From positions 1,315,118 to 1,379,117 of the forward strand of contig BCIN01000002.1 in assembly GCA_039545335.1 (NCBI GenBank): a DNA stretch of 64,000 nucleotides, in the 5' to 3' direction. A model generated the notes under the pieces. It saw only the letters and a program-made list of their open reading frames with translations. It was not told where the DNA came from and made no database searches. This document shows, one piece after another, positions 26,479 to 40,376 of the stretch. Positions within the stretch are counted from its first letter, which is position 1; each line of letters starts with the position of its first letter. A program made the translations under genes and the position numbers. Source of the DNA: Kondoa subrosea (taxonomy: Eukaryota).

Positions 26479-27234
26479 ATGAAATACGACGACCATTCCG
26501 ATACGCTCTATCTTCCTCTGCCCGAGCCTCTCTCTCATATCTGGCTCACTCCTTTCGCCGAGCGCGATTCTTCCAAGCTATCCGAATTGTTCGCCATTCC
26601 CTCATCTTCTGCTATCCTTGTCATTCCGGTACTAAAAGTTTGCTGTAGGCTGCAATCATCTACTATTGCTTCTGGCTCAACATCAGCTTTCGAAGCTATT
26701 TCCAAGTCCATTAAAGCTACAGACGATCACCTTCAATCAGCAAAATTGCAATACGATTCAACGGAAGATCTATCTCGCGTTTCGGCACCAAAGGTGAATC
26801 CTGAAGTGCTGCAAGGTATTCGAGATTCTACAAGTATGCAATTGGTAAGGCTACGGTTCTTATTCAGTTGAACGCAAGCTCATATTGATTGCGCGAATTG
26901 AAGATTGGCTTGATATCATTTTCAAACATGTCCAGTACATCTAGCCCAATCAAGGAAGATAAGACAGTACTTCTGAGCTACTACCTTCAAGACGATTGCA
27001 ATCTCCAGGGAGTTCTGTCGAGCTCTGTCATCACTTTGGCGAATTTGTGCTTCACGCAGAATGGTGTCACAGCAGTGCTAGCAAGATCTAGGGTGAGATT
27101 TTTTCTGGGTATATAAGAGAGTCACCTCTCAATTATCTCAGCAGGATGAAGCAGAGCACGAAATGTTGCGTTCAATAGGCTTTACCAGCGAAAGTGGCAG
27201 CAGCGAGCATTTGGTTCTGAGGCCGGCAATCTGA
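26479..27234 (+). CDS. Divergent RimJ-type GNAT-fold protein
   Basis: IWLTPFAERD, LQGIRD...IGLISF, LSYYLQ...QGVLSS, MLRSIGF follow the Acetyltransf_3 layout; three exons. Confidence 0.5.
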
Positions 27235-27360
27235 TATCAGGCAATGTGTCGGTCACTGTATCTATTCAATAGCCAGACTCCCGTCTCTTCGTCAGGTTTT
27301 GACGACATGATAATGATTCAATAGCATGAATGACAGTACAAAGCGAAAAGCCAGAGCGTA

Positions 27361-29569
27361 CTATACAGTGATCCGGCAGCAATCATACCCAATCCGACCC
27401 CTTCTTCTCCTTCCCCTACACTAGAAACGAACAGCAAATTTGACCGGACCAGAATGAACAATATGCTCAGTCTGTCCATCTTCCGCAATAGCCAGTCTGA
27501 GATTCTTCAAATTAGGCTATCAACACTCATATCAGCTTTCTTATTTTGCACACGAGGATATAAGAATACTTACAGCAACATGAGGTACCCATTGTTGAAC
27601 AACCTCATTCTTTTCGTTCAAAGGCAATTCCGTAATAGCTTTATCGAAACCGAACAAATTGATTCGCATATGTTTGAGTGAAGCAGAAGGATGAATCATG
27701 CATCCTGCTCGAAGTCGAGAGATGACCAAAGTTTGCAATTGAGGGCAAGAACACAATGGGATCGGGCTGAGCTTGGATGACTTTCATGCTCATCAGTGAG
27801 GTGAAGATAAAGCAGAAGTGAGCGGAGCGCACCATCTCGAGCCATCCTTTGATTTCCAAATGAATCAAACCAGCTCCATATAATCTAATCATCTCTTTGA
27901 CTTGAGGGGCAATGAAACCGTCCACAGGATTAGTGATAACCAACTTGCGTAATGATAATGGAGCATGAGATAAGAGAAATTTCATGGTTAGTCTGTAAGC
28001 ATGGATCATTGCAAGCTTCCCAAAGCAGACGACAATGCAGACTCACTCGTTAACTTGTACATTGCCTGAAAAGTTCATGGCCAGGGTATTGATGACTAAT
28101 TTAAGCGTATCAGCGATGTCAAGATCACTCTGTAATGCATGCTCACCGAAAGGTGGTGGAGATCCAATTGTTGCATTACCATTGAAGAAAACGTTGTTCA
28201 ATCGAACACTCTTGAGAGCTGGCGCAAAGCGTAAAGCGGCAGCTAAGCTTGGAACGTAAGTGAGTTGATCGGCGGTGATATGCAAGGAAGAAAGATTCTG
28301 AAGTTGAGCAAAAGCGACAACGAAAGGTGATAAGAAAGGGCTGCTTTCGATGATTAGATGACTGCATTGTACAGGGCAAGTCGACTGACCTATTGCTGCG
28401 CATCTCACTCGTGGCGATTTTGAGACTGACTAAACCTTTAGCGAGCTTGAGCAAAGTGCAGAGATTAGGATCGTCGAAGTTGAAGTTCGCCGACTAGATA
28501 AAGATGATCAGCAAGATAAGAAGGTCATGCACAGCGGTATATACCTCGACGACGTGTAAAGAACGACAATGCTTGATGATGCAATCGACACGGTTCCGAA
28601 TGATATACAATCTAAGCTTCAATTTCAGCCAAGCCAGATCCAATTCAACAGCAGAGCTCACTGAATTTGACGAGGCGTAGCCAAGACTACGTCCCTGATC
28701 AACATAGCTCGACCAACATTTGACCAATTCTTGCAAACGCCAATCATGCTGAGCAGATTCATTGCGGATGAAAGCCCTTTAGAAGGCTGATAGATGTCTT
28801 TGACGATACGAGATAAGATAAGAGGGTTTAATTTGTCTACCGCACCGCCTTTGAGGATTTCTGCTACTGGTGGTAAACGAATGAATGAGCGAGCAGTTGC
28901 ACCAGAGGTTGCAGCACGTCCTGGAGAGCGTATAGGCTTGTGAGAAGAGGGACCGGGTCCTCGAATGGGGGAAGGAGGTGCGTTAATGCCCTTTGGTGAT
29001 CGAGGTGGACCTGGAATTGTAGGCGCAGAAGTCGGTCTGAGATGGCGAGGTGAAAGAGCGACATTCTTGCGAGGTGATTTTGGCGTATCGGCGGCACGAG
29101 GGACATTGGGTGAAATATGGGCAGTCGGGGATGGCTTCAGTGCTGAGTCGGTAGCTTGACTCGCTTGAAGGATACCGACAGCGACTTCTTCGTATGAAGC
29201 GCCAGCGATGGCCAGAAGTCTGTCACAACATTAAAGAGGACTGAAGGCGTGGTGCATCAGAACGCACCTAGCTCTTTCAGCTCGAGGCAGAGTCTGAACA
29301 TATTGAGCCAAGGTGAGAGATGTTTTATCTTCCTCAGAGCTGGCGGTAGAAGTCCAGATAGCAGTAGCAAAAGTAGGGAGTTGTGCGGCAAACTTCAGGA
29401 GCAAAGCATCTTGAGATTGTATCGACAAAGTAGCCACAATTTCAGGATTGATCTGGTTCATAGCTTTGACAGATAAGTTTGCTAGTCCAAGAACTTCGTC
29501 GTGAGAGAGAATGAGAGAGCGAGAGAGAGACGCCAGAATCGAGTCTTTCGTTTCAGTAGATTTTCCCAT
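27361..29569 (-). CDS. Hypothetical protein with C-terminal leucine-rich (RNI-like) repeats; may be one or two genes, boundaries approximate
   Basis: Series of minus-strand exons with LxxLxI repeats (LVSLKI, LSSLHI, LKSVRL, LRKLVI, LIHLEI, LQTLVI). Confidence 0.5.
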
Positions 29570-29942
29570 AACATGTTCAGACCTCTTTCACGCGATTTAC
29601 CATGGCAGACGCATTCTTCAGCTTCCTATGAGCATGTCCCAGGTCTGCAACAAGCACTTCTTATCAGACACGTCGATTTCATTGGTTTCTTCATTTCCTG
29701 TCTTTGCAGTGTCTCTCGCTTGTATTGCCTCAAATATCTGGTTTGTGTCGTACGTAGACTGCACTTGCAGACCGTTCGAGTTCTGCTCAGGAAGCGCGCG
29801 GCCGTTAGTTGACACTAATCAAGTCTAATTTCAGCAAATATTGCAAGCATCGCTGACATTTGCCTACGCTTATCATCCTGTTCTTATACAATGGCTACAA
29901 TGTTTCGACTACAATGGATCCGCCCTCTCATCTTTTTCCGCC

Positions 29943-31663
29943 TCAACAGGCAGGTAAGGTCAAGCCTGGCTTCAGCTTTCGATCCACATCGAACAGTCCC
30001 CAAGATACTTCCTATATTGACGTGGATCAGATTGGCTTTGAATGTCGGCGAGTAGGACTGACTACTTTCCCTAATCCTGAAGCGATCTTCCATGGCTCAT
30101 CGAAAGCTAATCACTGTTTAGCTATCTCACGAGCATCTGGTAGTCGCAGCTCACCTTCAAAGTAATACAAGTTGATTGGTGGAGTCTGTTTCCTTGAAGG
30201 GCATATCGCAGTGTCCAAGTAAATTTGCATATTCTTCGCGCCTGAATCAGATCCACCGTAAGAAGGGGTATCCGAATCGCTTGGCCAACCAGTCTCGGCA
30301 ACGAAGCTGAGCGCGAGTTGAGCGGGTGTAGCAGATTTCACGCTGTTCTGGAATTGACTGAATACGGAAGCTGCAGCAGTGTCGATCTTTGTGTCGTTCT
30401 GGAACCAAGGATGAATGTTGACGCCAATGAAATCAAGACCAGTTAGAGCACCAGTCACGCTCTATAGACGCATTAGGAATGTCGATTGAAAACAAAGAAA
30501 GCACTCGCTGTGAAGTATGGAGCTATATCCACATAGCCAATAGGTAGATCAGTGATATCCTTGGGTAGCTCAGCTTTGACAGCTTTCACTCTATCGGAGA
30601 CGGCCGCAACCTTCTCAGGTGAGGTATGAGCTTTTGGGTCGCTGAGTAGATATCTATCACACAATGTCAGTAACTTCCATAACGAAGGATAGTACGCACT
30701 CGTTGCCTATACTGATTCCGTTGGCATATTGTTTGCCAAAGTTAGTTAGGGCACGCGTAATATCGCCTAAGGGACCTTTGAAGTCGATTTCAGGAACGAG
30801 AGCGAGGCCAAACAAGAACTTGAGATCCCTAGAGCATAGCAGATTAGCCTTCGTATGAGCGGTCTGTACTTCGACTAACACATTCAAATCCTTGCGAGCT
30901 TGAAGCACCATTGTTGGCAAGTTACAATCAGTATTATAGATCCTAACATTCTTCGTCACTATTAGCGCTTGTCAGCACTGATCAGATCGTACGAATGAAC
31001 CGAAAACTTACATTGTGCGATAATGGCCAGATCTTGCTTCACATCATCTTGAGTGAATTTGCAGTCTTGTACGAAGCTAGGAGAGTAGTCGATTCCGGCG
31101 AAAGATTGATGCAATGCGGAACCCGCTGACGTGCCAGCTGCTGATGTTGATGAGTCGGGAGTTTTGCTCGGAGCCGAGGATGGAGGTGCAGATCTATCGC
31201 TAGCAGATGCAGTAGGGACAACACCTTTGTCAGCGAGATCCAAATCTGATTCACCACTCTTGGAAGCTGATGCGCGGAGATCCGATAGCGTTGCTGAGCC
31301 GGAAAGAGATGAAGAAGTAGCGTTCGAATCGAGTGACGAAGAATCCGTGCCTGAACTACTGGCGGAAGATCTAGATAAGGATGCCGAAGAAGGAAGACGA
31401 CTCCTTCCGGAGCTAATCCCATTTGTTGACGACTCTTGCCTATCGCTGCTATCGTCAGTCTTGTTTCCTAGTTTCGTGAACGCAAAGTAGCCTCCAACAC
31501 CGATACCAGCTAGAACGAGCAAGACGGCGAGAACGACAAGAATTCGCTTCTTGGGAGACCAGCTTTGTTTAAGATCTTCTTCTTCGTGGTAAGGTTCGAC
31601 GTAGGATTGGTCGTCATGCGAGTTCGGAGTGGCCAGACGTCGATCATCTGGATGCCAACTCAT
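29943..31663 (-). CDS. Glycoside hydrolase family 17 beta-1,3-glucanase/transglycosylase, type II membrane anchored
   Basis: N-terminal TM helix, Ser-rich stalk, GIDYSP, VRIY, ISIGNE, VNIHPWF, VAETGWPS, YYFEAFDEPWK, WGLFD; stop 29943-29945. Confidence 0.9.
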
Positions 31664-31942
31664 TGCTCAGGAGACAGGACTTGAGAGAATCGGAGGAAAG
31701 ACGACGAATCAAAAGATGAACGGAAATTGTAAATGACTCTGTTGAAGGCACAAGCGATGAGCCGTAATAAGCAAGGAAAGGCCCTTGAGGGTATCGGCGT
31801 GAGCCTCACGTATACCTTAGAGAGAGTATAGAAGAGATATTCGGAATACTTCGTCTTTTTTTTCCTTTTGTTCCCTCAAATCGAAAGTTGTGAAAATGCT
31901 ATTGAACAGGTGAAATGCTTTGATGTTTGCCGTTTGCTCGTT

Positions 31943-33904
31943 CTATGCCCATTCTTCATGCAGGAAATGTTTGCTCCCAATCTAAAGACAAAATAAGTAC
32001 TGCGTTGGCAGAGCTAAATTCAGAAGACCAACCTCATATACCATCTTTTGCCCTGTCAAATGATATCAAGGTATCAGCTGACGCTTAAAAATAGACGCTC
32101 GTGATGCAACTTACGTAAATACTATGACCCTAGCATCAGCACCGGCTCAAGGGATATGCACGAGACGACTCACGGGCATATTTTCCTGGGTGAAGTCGAG
32201 TGTTGCGTCCTTTCTCGCGAGACACTCGATGAATTGACAGGTAAACTGTCAGAGACACCGCTCGCTTAAGGTCATCAACCAAAAGGACGCCGACAGACTC
32301 ACCACTCCGCAATCGAAGCCATTGGTTTGGCATGGGATATCCTGTAAACATCAATTAGCCTGTGGCATCAGGACAGGTGAGCGAATGAAGAGCTTACTGG
32401 ATGCTCATAATCTGTCCAGTCCGATAAATCAATCGGTTTCTTCTTCTTATCCAGATGCTCCTTCTCCACATAATCTCTCAGTTGCTGTATCAGACACGTA
32501 TCAGCTCAAATGCAATCTGGCTAAGGAGAGTATGAAGCGAACCTTGATAATGCCACCGTTCCAATGACCCATTGAATCGTAGAATTCGAATCGCTTTTGT
32601 CTAATGTTGATGCATGCAGAGACCCAATGCGCGTTTCCCACATTGATAGGCATTACTACAGCATCGTGGGCAAAGATATCAATCTAGTAGATAAGGAAGA
32701 CGTTAACGGAGGAGTGCTACGGCCCAAAAAGTTAGCTCACCTTCTTCGTCCATCTTTGGACACCCTTATACCCAGACGAGTGCAATTTTGTGTAAAAGAA
32801 AGAAGTAAAAGAATGAACCTTGAGAATCTCTTCACCCATTTTGATCTTCTTTTTCTTCTTGTTGCCTTTTTGGTTTTCGTTCTCTTTCTCATCTTGATTT
32901 CTGAGTTCTTCTGCTTTCTTGGATCGGTCATTGATCATGACAGTATAGAAATTGATGACTTCATCATTCAACCATTGACCAGGTTTCAACAATTTCATAT
33001 CTTTCGCCGCTACTTCCGCTCCAGGTATTTTGATCAACAACTTTGAATCAGTCATCCATTCTTTGACTTGCTTCTTTTGATCAGGTGAGAGTTCAGATCT
33101 GAATTTCCTTCGTCTTTGAGTTCTTTTATCCAAATCTCGATCCAAAGCTAAAGATTTCTTCTGTAATCTTTCATACGTGTTCAATACAGGAGGTGTTGAA
33201 AGAAGTGAAGCAGAAGCATTAGCATAAGCTTTCTTCACATCTGCTGATCCTGGTTTCCCCTTTTGCAATTCAGTCAAGACAGGCGAATCTTTCTTTCTAA
33301 GTGGAGCAGCAAAACCCTTATTGACGGCTCTATGAGCTTGAGCGACCAAAGAAGCGTAAGATTTGAGTCCAGTATAAGCTTGGAAAGTATCTCTGTAAAT
33401 CCCCTTGCTCTTCAATTCTCGATATTCATCTTCTAGAGCAGGAGCCAAAGCTGAAGAAGTAGCTAGACGACTTTGTTCGGCGTTGTACAGTTGCTGCTTG
33501 CGCGAATAGGCGAACAAGCTTTTCTGTGTGTCTAGACCAGAAACACGAGGTCGAATAGATGGACTGGATGATACGATGGAACTACTTGATGCTGAACGTG
33601 AAAGACCACTAGGTACACCATTGATAGGCTTGCGTAAAGGTAGAGCTGGAGTCTTGAAATTGTTTGCTGGCGAACTTTGAGGTGAGGAATCCAGCTGGAT
33701 TGGTGCCGCAGCCGAGCCTGTAGACACATTTAAGCTTTCTGGAGAAGTCCTACTACGCGCTGGCTGACCTTCTGCATTGAAGTGCAATCGAGACATGACA
33801 GCGTTTCCCAAAGCAGTCAAGTTGAAATTAGAGCTGATCCGTCTTCTCTTGCTGGCAGGTTGAGCACTACTGTTCTCTACAGCTGCTCGCTTCAGATCGC
33901 TCAT
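31943..33904 (-). CDS. ULP1: Ulp1-like SUMO protease (peptidase C48)
   Basis: LKPGQWLNDEVINFY, FFYTKL, VQRWTKK, HW, FYDSMG, PCQTNGFDCGVF; an upstream in-frame ATG at 34009 is an alternative start. Confidence 0.92.
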
Positions 33905-34390
33905 GTTTCGCTTGACCAGATATTGGAATGATTGTTCGAAGTCAACATGCGAGCGAGCGGGCGTGAAAGTCAAACTCAAGATAATGGCACCTTGGCCACT
34001 GTAATACATACTATGCGGGTATTCAGGATGCTCAAATTAACGAGACAACGCTTCCGCTTCCTACTCTTGAAGGCCAATTCCATACAAGCTCATCTTGCAC
34101 CGACGCGATAATTTTGACCGCAACTTCATCTGTGTTGACCTGAACAGTTGAGATAGCCATGTTGGACCATCCTGTACTCGTACAGAAGCAGAAGGACAGA
34201 TAGAGCTGAGGAATTACTTGGCCAAATTTGTCAGACCGGAGTGCAAAGAGCGGAAGCAATGAAGCTTCTCGCGAGCTCTTGCGTCGGATCCGTACTTCCA
34301 ACGTACTACTTGGTCTGTGTAGTCCAGAGATACCAAGAATCAGCTCATAAGCCAAATGAACTTGCACCTGAACACACACCTTTACTTGCA

Positions 34391-35451
34391 TCAAGACAGG
34401 TTCTCCGGTTCTTTAGCAATCAACAACATTTCCCTGAGCAAATCATTCTCCCTTCTAAGTCGTTCCAATTCCACATCTCTTGCTAAAGCTTCATCCATAT
34501 CCAATCCTCCTCCTCCTCTACTATTCTCTTCCTTTTCCATCATTTTAACCAATTTCAAATTCAACAAATTCACAAACCCTCCCAGCCGACTAGTATTTGA
34601 AGAAGAAGGTGGTAAACCAAAACCAATCATTGGTCCTTCTTCAGATAATTCGTTTTCTTCCAATAATTCTCCTAGTTCCGATTCAGAGGAAGGAATAGGT
34701 TCACCTTGAGATGCTCGAAGTGCTTTTCGTATTAGTTCGGTTAAACGATATAAAGACGCTTGGACCGCTAAGGGGTTTTCATATAAAGGTAAAGCGAAAC
34801 CTGATGGAGAAGAAGAAGATTGTTGTTGTTTGGATTCGGAAAGTAAAGTCTCGTAATGTCTAGTTTGGGATAAAGAATGTTGCTGCGTTGAGTGAGCGAA
34901 AGTTCGGAATCTTGACATGACTGATTCTAGAGTGCCTTCGTAGTCTCTGTGGACATTGCGCGAGCGTTTCAGTCAGTCATGTGACTGATAGGCTCGGAAT
35001 GACCCACTTGACTAGCATGGAAAGCTGCTTGTTTTCGTGTTGTAAAGCATGATTCTCCAAAACCAGAGTAGCATTCAGACGCTCCAATTCTGATTCAAAT
35101 TGCTCTGTACACGAAAGGATCAAAACAATCAGCCTAAGGTTGATAAGTTCTGATGCCTTGCGCACCTTGAGAGATGTCTGTATTGTACCGACGCAAAGTG
35201 AATCCAGTACTATTGTGGACCGCTTGGGTCTGCAATTCCTCAAGCGTGGTAAGACAACAATTGTCTTATACTGAGCAAGAGAGACTTGCCTTGAGCTCCT
35301 CTGCCTGTTTCTGCAACAAATCACATTGCTGTCTGTTCGCGTTTAGTTGCTTCGAGAGTTCCGCCAGCAGGTTCCAGAGCCTGCCTCTCGAAGGTTAGCT
35401 TGGATCAGAGGCATGCATCCAGTGAGCTTGCCTGTCGTAGTCGCCATCCAT
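34391..35451 (-). CDS. Small coiled-coil protein, SIKE/SCI1-like (candidate STRIPAK subunit)
   Basis: Spliced MDGDYDRLWNLLAELSKQLNANR...[59 protein letters not shown]...ELERLRRENDLLRE. Confidence 0.65.
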
Positions 35452-36578
35452 TGCTCTTACACCAAAGTCGAAATCAATCTGTTGCTTGACAAGAACCGAC
35501 CAATTAGGGACTGGATTCGGCTGCTAGGCTATGATATTGCTATGATCGTATCGTGTTGTTGCGCTTGCAAGGTCTGCCTAGAGGAATATCCTTCGTTTCT
35601 GCTGGCTTTGCGCAAACGGTTCGTGTCAAGTATGCTGGAAGGTTTCAAGAGCATTCAAAGCACATACAGTGCTCATTTTCTCTTACTTCTGCTGCTGCTA
35701 CTGCTACTGCCTTATCTCCAATTCTTCCCTTTTCGTTAGATCTATTTCCTGTGACTGTTGACGTACATTGGCATGAAAGTCGCTCTAATATCGAGCCAGG
35801 GCTACCCTTCACTGCATCCTTCCTCGAGCTCTATTGTCTGGGATTATCCCTTCGAAGCTCAATTGAGCAGGTTTTGCGATTCGTCCTTCGTCATGGTCAA
35901 CCCGTCTTTGCTGCAGCATCTCTGTGAGAATAGAGCTACTTTACTGCAAAGCTGGAAGCGCACTGCTTCCGCGTAGCATCGATCGAAGACTTTGTCCGGA
36001 AGTCTCTGATCCTGCACAGATCTTGTCTCGCTGCGGTCTCATTCGGGTCGCTCGTACTAGATGCTTCCTGGAGTTCCTTTCTTCGGTGTACGAGATGAAC
36101 AGAGCCTCATAAGGCTCGATGACACGGTGTGAAAGGTATAGTCATTTGGAGTACCTGCTCTCCTCATACAGCCGACATCTTTCAGGTTCATTTCGGATTT
36201 CTTTTAATGCCTTTGGTATCTTTGGTATGGGCTGCGAACGAAGATATCATGTCATTATCATACACTCTGCAGGACAGATCAGTCATTGAGATCTTCCCTC
36301 CAGTAGAATCGCTCTGACGCGCTTGATGTCGCGCGAATCCGATTCATGCTCTCCCTTCACGCTCGCGAAACCTCCTTTACACATCCAACTTGCCTGAAAC
36401 AGATACCATGTAGATGCTATTGCCATAACGAGACATTTTAGGTTATCGCAATCGGGAGACATGCATGCGTCATCGAGCACGGATTTCGATTCCGCGATTC
36501 CGGTTTACTGTTTACGTTTACCTTTCTTTTCTCTCTTTCCCATAACACCCATCATCCTATAACAACTCAAAACCAAAT

Positions 36579-37201
36579 ATGTCAGTAGATCAAACTCGTT
36601 CAGACCAAGAATCAGCCAACTACTCTGGTCATCAGTCGTGCGTTCTTTCATTGTCACTTGTAGTCGATGGAGAACTGATCTCTTCCGCACTGTTTAGCAA
36701 CCCTGATACCAAGCTCAAGGCTGATGGTACTCCAGACCACCGTTTCAAGGAACAGTTAGTCCTTTCATCGTGCATTATTTGACATGTGATAGAAACTCAT
36801 ATGTTACTACGTACAGCGGAGGAGGACAGCATGGAAACCAAGGAGGTCGCCTCTCAGGTGGTTTCGAAGAAGATGAACAAAGTGGTTCCTCTTCATTAGT
36901 CACAGATGGTTAGCAATTGATCAAGTACCATCTGAAAGCTTTTGGCTCATTGTTTTATGTACAGGTACAGGAGAGGACACTGGCGTTTACAAGCCTTCCG
37001 CTCATGATGGCAAGAAGAAGGATGGATCTGACGATTCCCGTGTTTCTTCTGAACATGGTTTCGGTGGTGAAGATGGACCAGACCCTCACGTTGAAGGACA
37101 AAAGGGTGGATCTGCTAGGTATGTTTCCTTGACATTATGTTGACAGGTTCTTCGCTAATATGTACGCTCTCAGCTACGACAACGGAGGACTTACAAAGTA
37201 A
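36579..37201 (+). CDS. Small hydrophilic Gly-rich protein (hydrophilin / KGG-motif stress-protein-like)
   Basis: Five short exons: KLKADGTPDHRFKEH, YKPSAHDGKKKDGSDDSRVSSEHGFGG, EGQKGGS; stop TAA 37199-37201. Confidence 0.7.
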
Positions 37202-37652
37202 AGTGCCCCAAGGATGATATGACAAAAAAATGGTCCTTTGTAAATTACAACAAATGAAGTTGGTTCTCTCTCATTTTCCGCGAGCTTGATTGTTTCCTTG
37301 CGATTCCCTTCATTCCGTCTTCTGTCTTCTTGATATGTCATTTGTCACCGCATATGCATAGCACGGCGGTCTGCGTTCGCTATAAATCAAACGCAGAGGA
37401 GACCGGAGTTCCGTGCTTTACCTTCTTCTCTTTTCGCTGTTGCTTCCCCATTCCGTATTCAACGTATTACATGAAATTGTCGAATCAAGTCAACATCGTA
37501 ACAGCGACAGAAGTCCTAAGAATTGACTGCGAACACAAGATTTGTAGCTTGCCGTGAAAGCGGACCCCGGTCATGATGCTTGAAAGGTGAATGAATCCCA
37601 TGCATTACTTGTTTCTTGTTTTCTACCCTTACAAACCCCCTGAATCTAAGAA

Positions 37653-38954
37653 TTACATGAATTTGCCAAACCAAGGTCTAATAGTCGAGAGAGTCAGATA
37701 GAAATCTTCTGAAGCGTGCGACCAGACTCACATCAACGATTGCGCCAGGGTATAACTGAAGATCAATTTAGGTCCTACTATCAGAATCTTCGGTGTAAGT
37801 CCCTGTGCAGCGACCCCTCATATTTAGCAGTCATCCTGCTGTTGGATTCCTTAGGGAGACTGACCTTGAAGAAAGCGGAGGCTCCCTCATTCCTGATCAA
37901 TTCCTTCACTAATGTCAATCCGCCTACTTTGGATTCAAAGTTCTGGTTTTGTATTCTTGTCTTGATAACATCAAGTGGTTGCGAAATAGCAATTGAAGAG
38001 ACCTGTGAAGCAACATGATCACGGCATCAGAGAGAAGCCTGATTCGCCATTAAAGATGTCCTCACAGATCCTGCTATCGAAGCAATAAAGTTTTGCGTCC
38101 ATGTAGCTTTTGAGTAATCTTTTAGGCCGAAGATATATTCTTTCGTGAAAGCAGATCCACCAAACAGCTGTCAACGCCGACTTTCTAAGCAAACAATATT
38201 GCCATAGCGAGTTGACGACTGACAGCAAATGATCCAGGTGCGTTTCTTGCTGCAGTCCAACCCGCTCCTCTGTATAACCCCAAAAGACCTTCATCGCTAA
38301 TAATCTTAAACAACCCTCTTCCTTTGAACGCTTCCGGATTCGTTTGTCTCTTAATCTTTAGCACATCCAAAGGTAATAGAACTATTTCTCCTATTCCAAT
38401 TAGAGAACCTGAAGTAGCGTTGATCAAAGCTTTTCCTGATTTTTCACCGAAAGCTGAAACAAAGTATGGTTTGTAGTGAGTTGACATGAGATCGTTTGCA
38501 AAAGGTTGTCCTCCGAATTTGTAAACTCGTTGTAGTACTTTGTAGCCTGTTATACATAACAATTCTTTAGATACAGCTCTTTGTTAAGCAGAATTGTACC
38601 GAACCTGCTGCATAACCTAATCCGGGAAACAGAGAAGTGAATTTCTGGCCCAGCGAAGCTGAAGCGTATTGCTTGAAGACAATCTGGTTAACACTAGCAT
38701 TTGACAATTTGTTGGACATGAGTCGTTTGGCAATAGTATCTGTAATATAGCAATGTTCAGCAGGCATTAAACAGCCTGTGAGACTCGTGCTACTTACCGA
38801 CTGGGTGGAAGATAGCCAATTCAGCCAGACCTGAGTTGAAATATCAGATGCATGAAATTTGGGCTGAGCTCTGTGGATGAAGCATGCCTGCTGTGCCAGA
38901 GCCTGCTATCCTCGCTGCTCCTGATTCTTTCCGGTTTCCATCCACTGGTGCCAT
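37653..38954 (-). CDS. GGC1: Mitochondrial GTP/GDP carrier
   Basis: AELAIFHPVDTIAKRLMSN, SLFPGLGYAAGYKVLQRVYKFGGQP, LLPLDVLKIKRQTNPEAF, RNAPGSFA, GPKLIFS. Confidence 0.93.
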
Positions 38955-39265
38955 TGTGTTGAGTTGTTGATAAAGGAAACGAAGCAATGCATCAATTTGG
39001 AGCAGGTAAATTGGAAGCCAGACACGCTCGCGAATTCATTACACCGATGAAGCTGCAGTACTTATACGTTATCCCGCCAACTAACACCGCTTGGCTTCAT
39101 CTGCACGAAACATCACTTCATGAAGATATGAGACTGTCAGAAAGCGCAGAAGTAATAAGCGACACGGAGTCGCATAATCTGTCTTCCCACTGACCAGCTT
39201 CATCTTGACCATTCCTTCAAGACGAACCAATTCGTCTGGCCCTCCCTATCTTCCCATGACACATC

Positions 39266-40199
39266 TTACGATGACCCAGCCTTCACAAACGGCACTCTTA
39301 AACCACTCAACAACGCTTGAGCTTTCCCTTGAGCTCCAGGGCCTCTAGCATTCGTAACGCAATTGACATAAAACCCAAATTGTCTCGGATAAGCTTCAGG
39401 ATTGATTTCCACTTGAGGAAACAATCCCATTGCTTGAGGTGGTAAACCTAAAGTAATACTACCAGTATTATCTAAAACATTCTTGTTTGAAGGTGGTAAT
39501 GAAAAACCATTCCAATCTTTTAATCGAGGGAAAACGAATTCAACCAAATTTTCTAGGAAATCGTGCATATGAGTTGAATGGGAGAGTTTTACTTTGACTC
39601 CACAAGGTTGACCACCACGAACTTTGAAAGAAGCTGCTCGGGAAGAAGTTCGGGTGATTTGTACACCTGCTGGATGTAATGGACCAAGTTGATGATGAGG
39701 TAAACCAGCAGCATGTTGGCCTGAGATGGATCGAAGGAAGAGAATAGCTGGTAAGAGGTGATTCTTGTTGGCTTACATTCACAAGCGTTAGGATTATGTG
39801 TACCACGCTTGAAGCAAGCGACTAACCTGGAGCTTGTTTCACATGTATTGAAATGGTAATAGACTCCAATTTAGTCACTGTCTCGTCCGTTGTAGGCCTG
39901 GCAGCAGGTTGAGCTACATTTCTCCCAGTCACTCGAGGTCTTGGTCGATTTTTTGTAAACGGGTTTGTTGGATCCCAAGAAGGCAGAGCTGGAGCTGCTG
40001 GAGGGTTCTGGGTCACTGCATGATCGTAATTCATATAGAGCAGGTCTGTAGCCAATGTGTCGGTGTAATGTTGCAAATATCTTGAACGATGATTTGCGTC
40101 CATTCGGATTGCAGACAGCGCCGCTTCCGTTGACAGCTGCCTTCGTGCACTTTTGACAGCCCAAGCTGATGTTCTCAGGCCAGAACAAATGCAAGTCAT
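39266..40199 (-). CDS. MRPL7: Mitochondrial ribosomal protein uL5m
   Basis: HYTDTLATDLLYMNYDH, KLESITI, FLENLVEFVFPRLKDWNG, FPQVEIN, ALLSGLRVPF. Confidence 0.88.
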
Positions 40200-40376
40200 G
40201 TTGGTCACTGGTCAAGGTGCTGACTTCAATTTCGATTGACTTTATTGCGATAAGCTAGGATAAGCCATACAATCTGATGCAATATGAAATGCTACTGGTC
40301 TACATGCTTATTCCTCTCATTCATTATCTTCTTCTTCCTGCCTTCGCTATCAATTTCGCGATGTAAGACCAGCCGC

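Noticed and set aside
35540..36480. Possible gene between the SIKE-like and hydrophilin genes
   Set aside because: Several ORF fragments on both strands, but I could not build a consistent spliced model or recognise a domain
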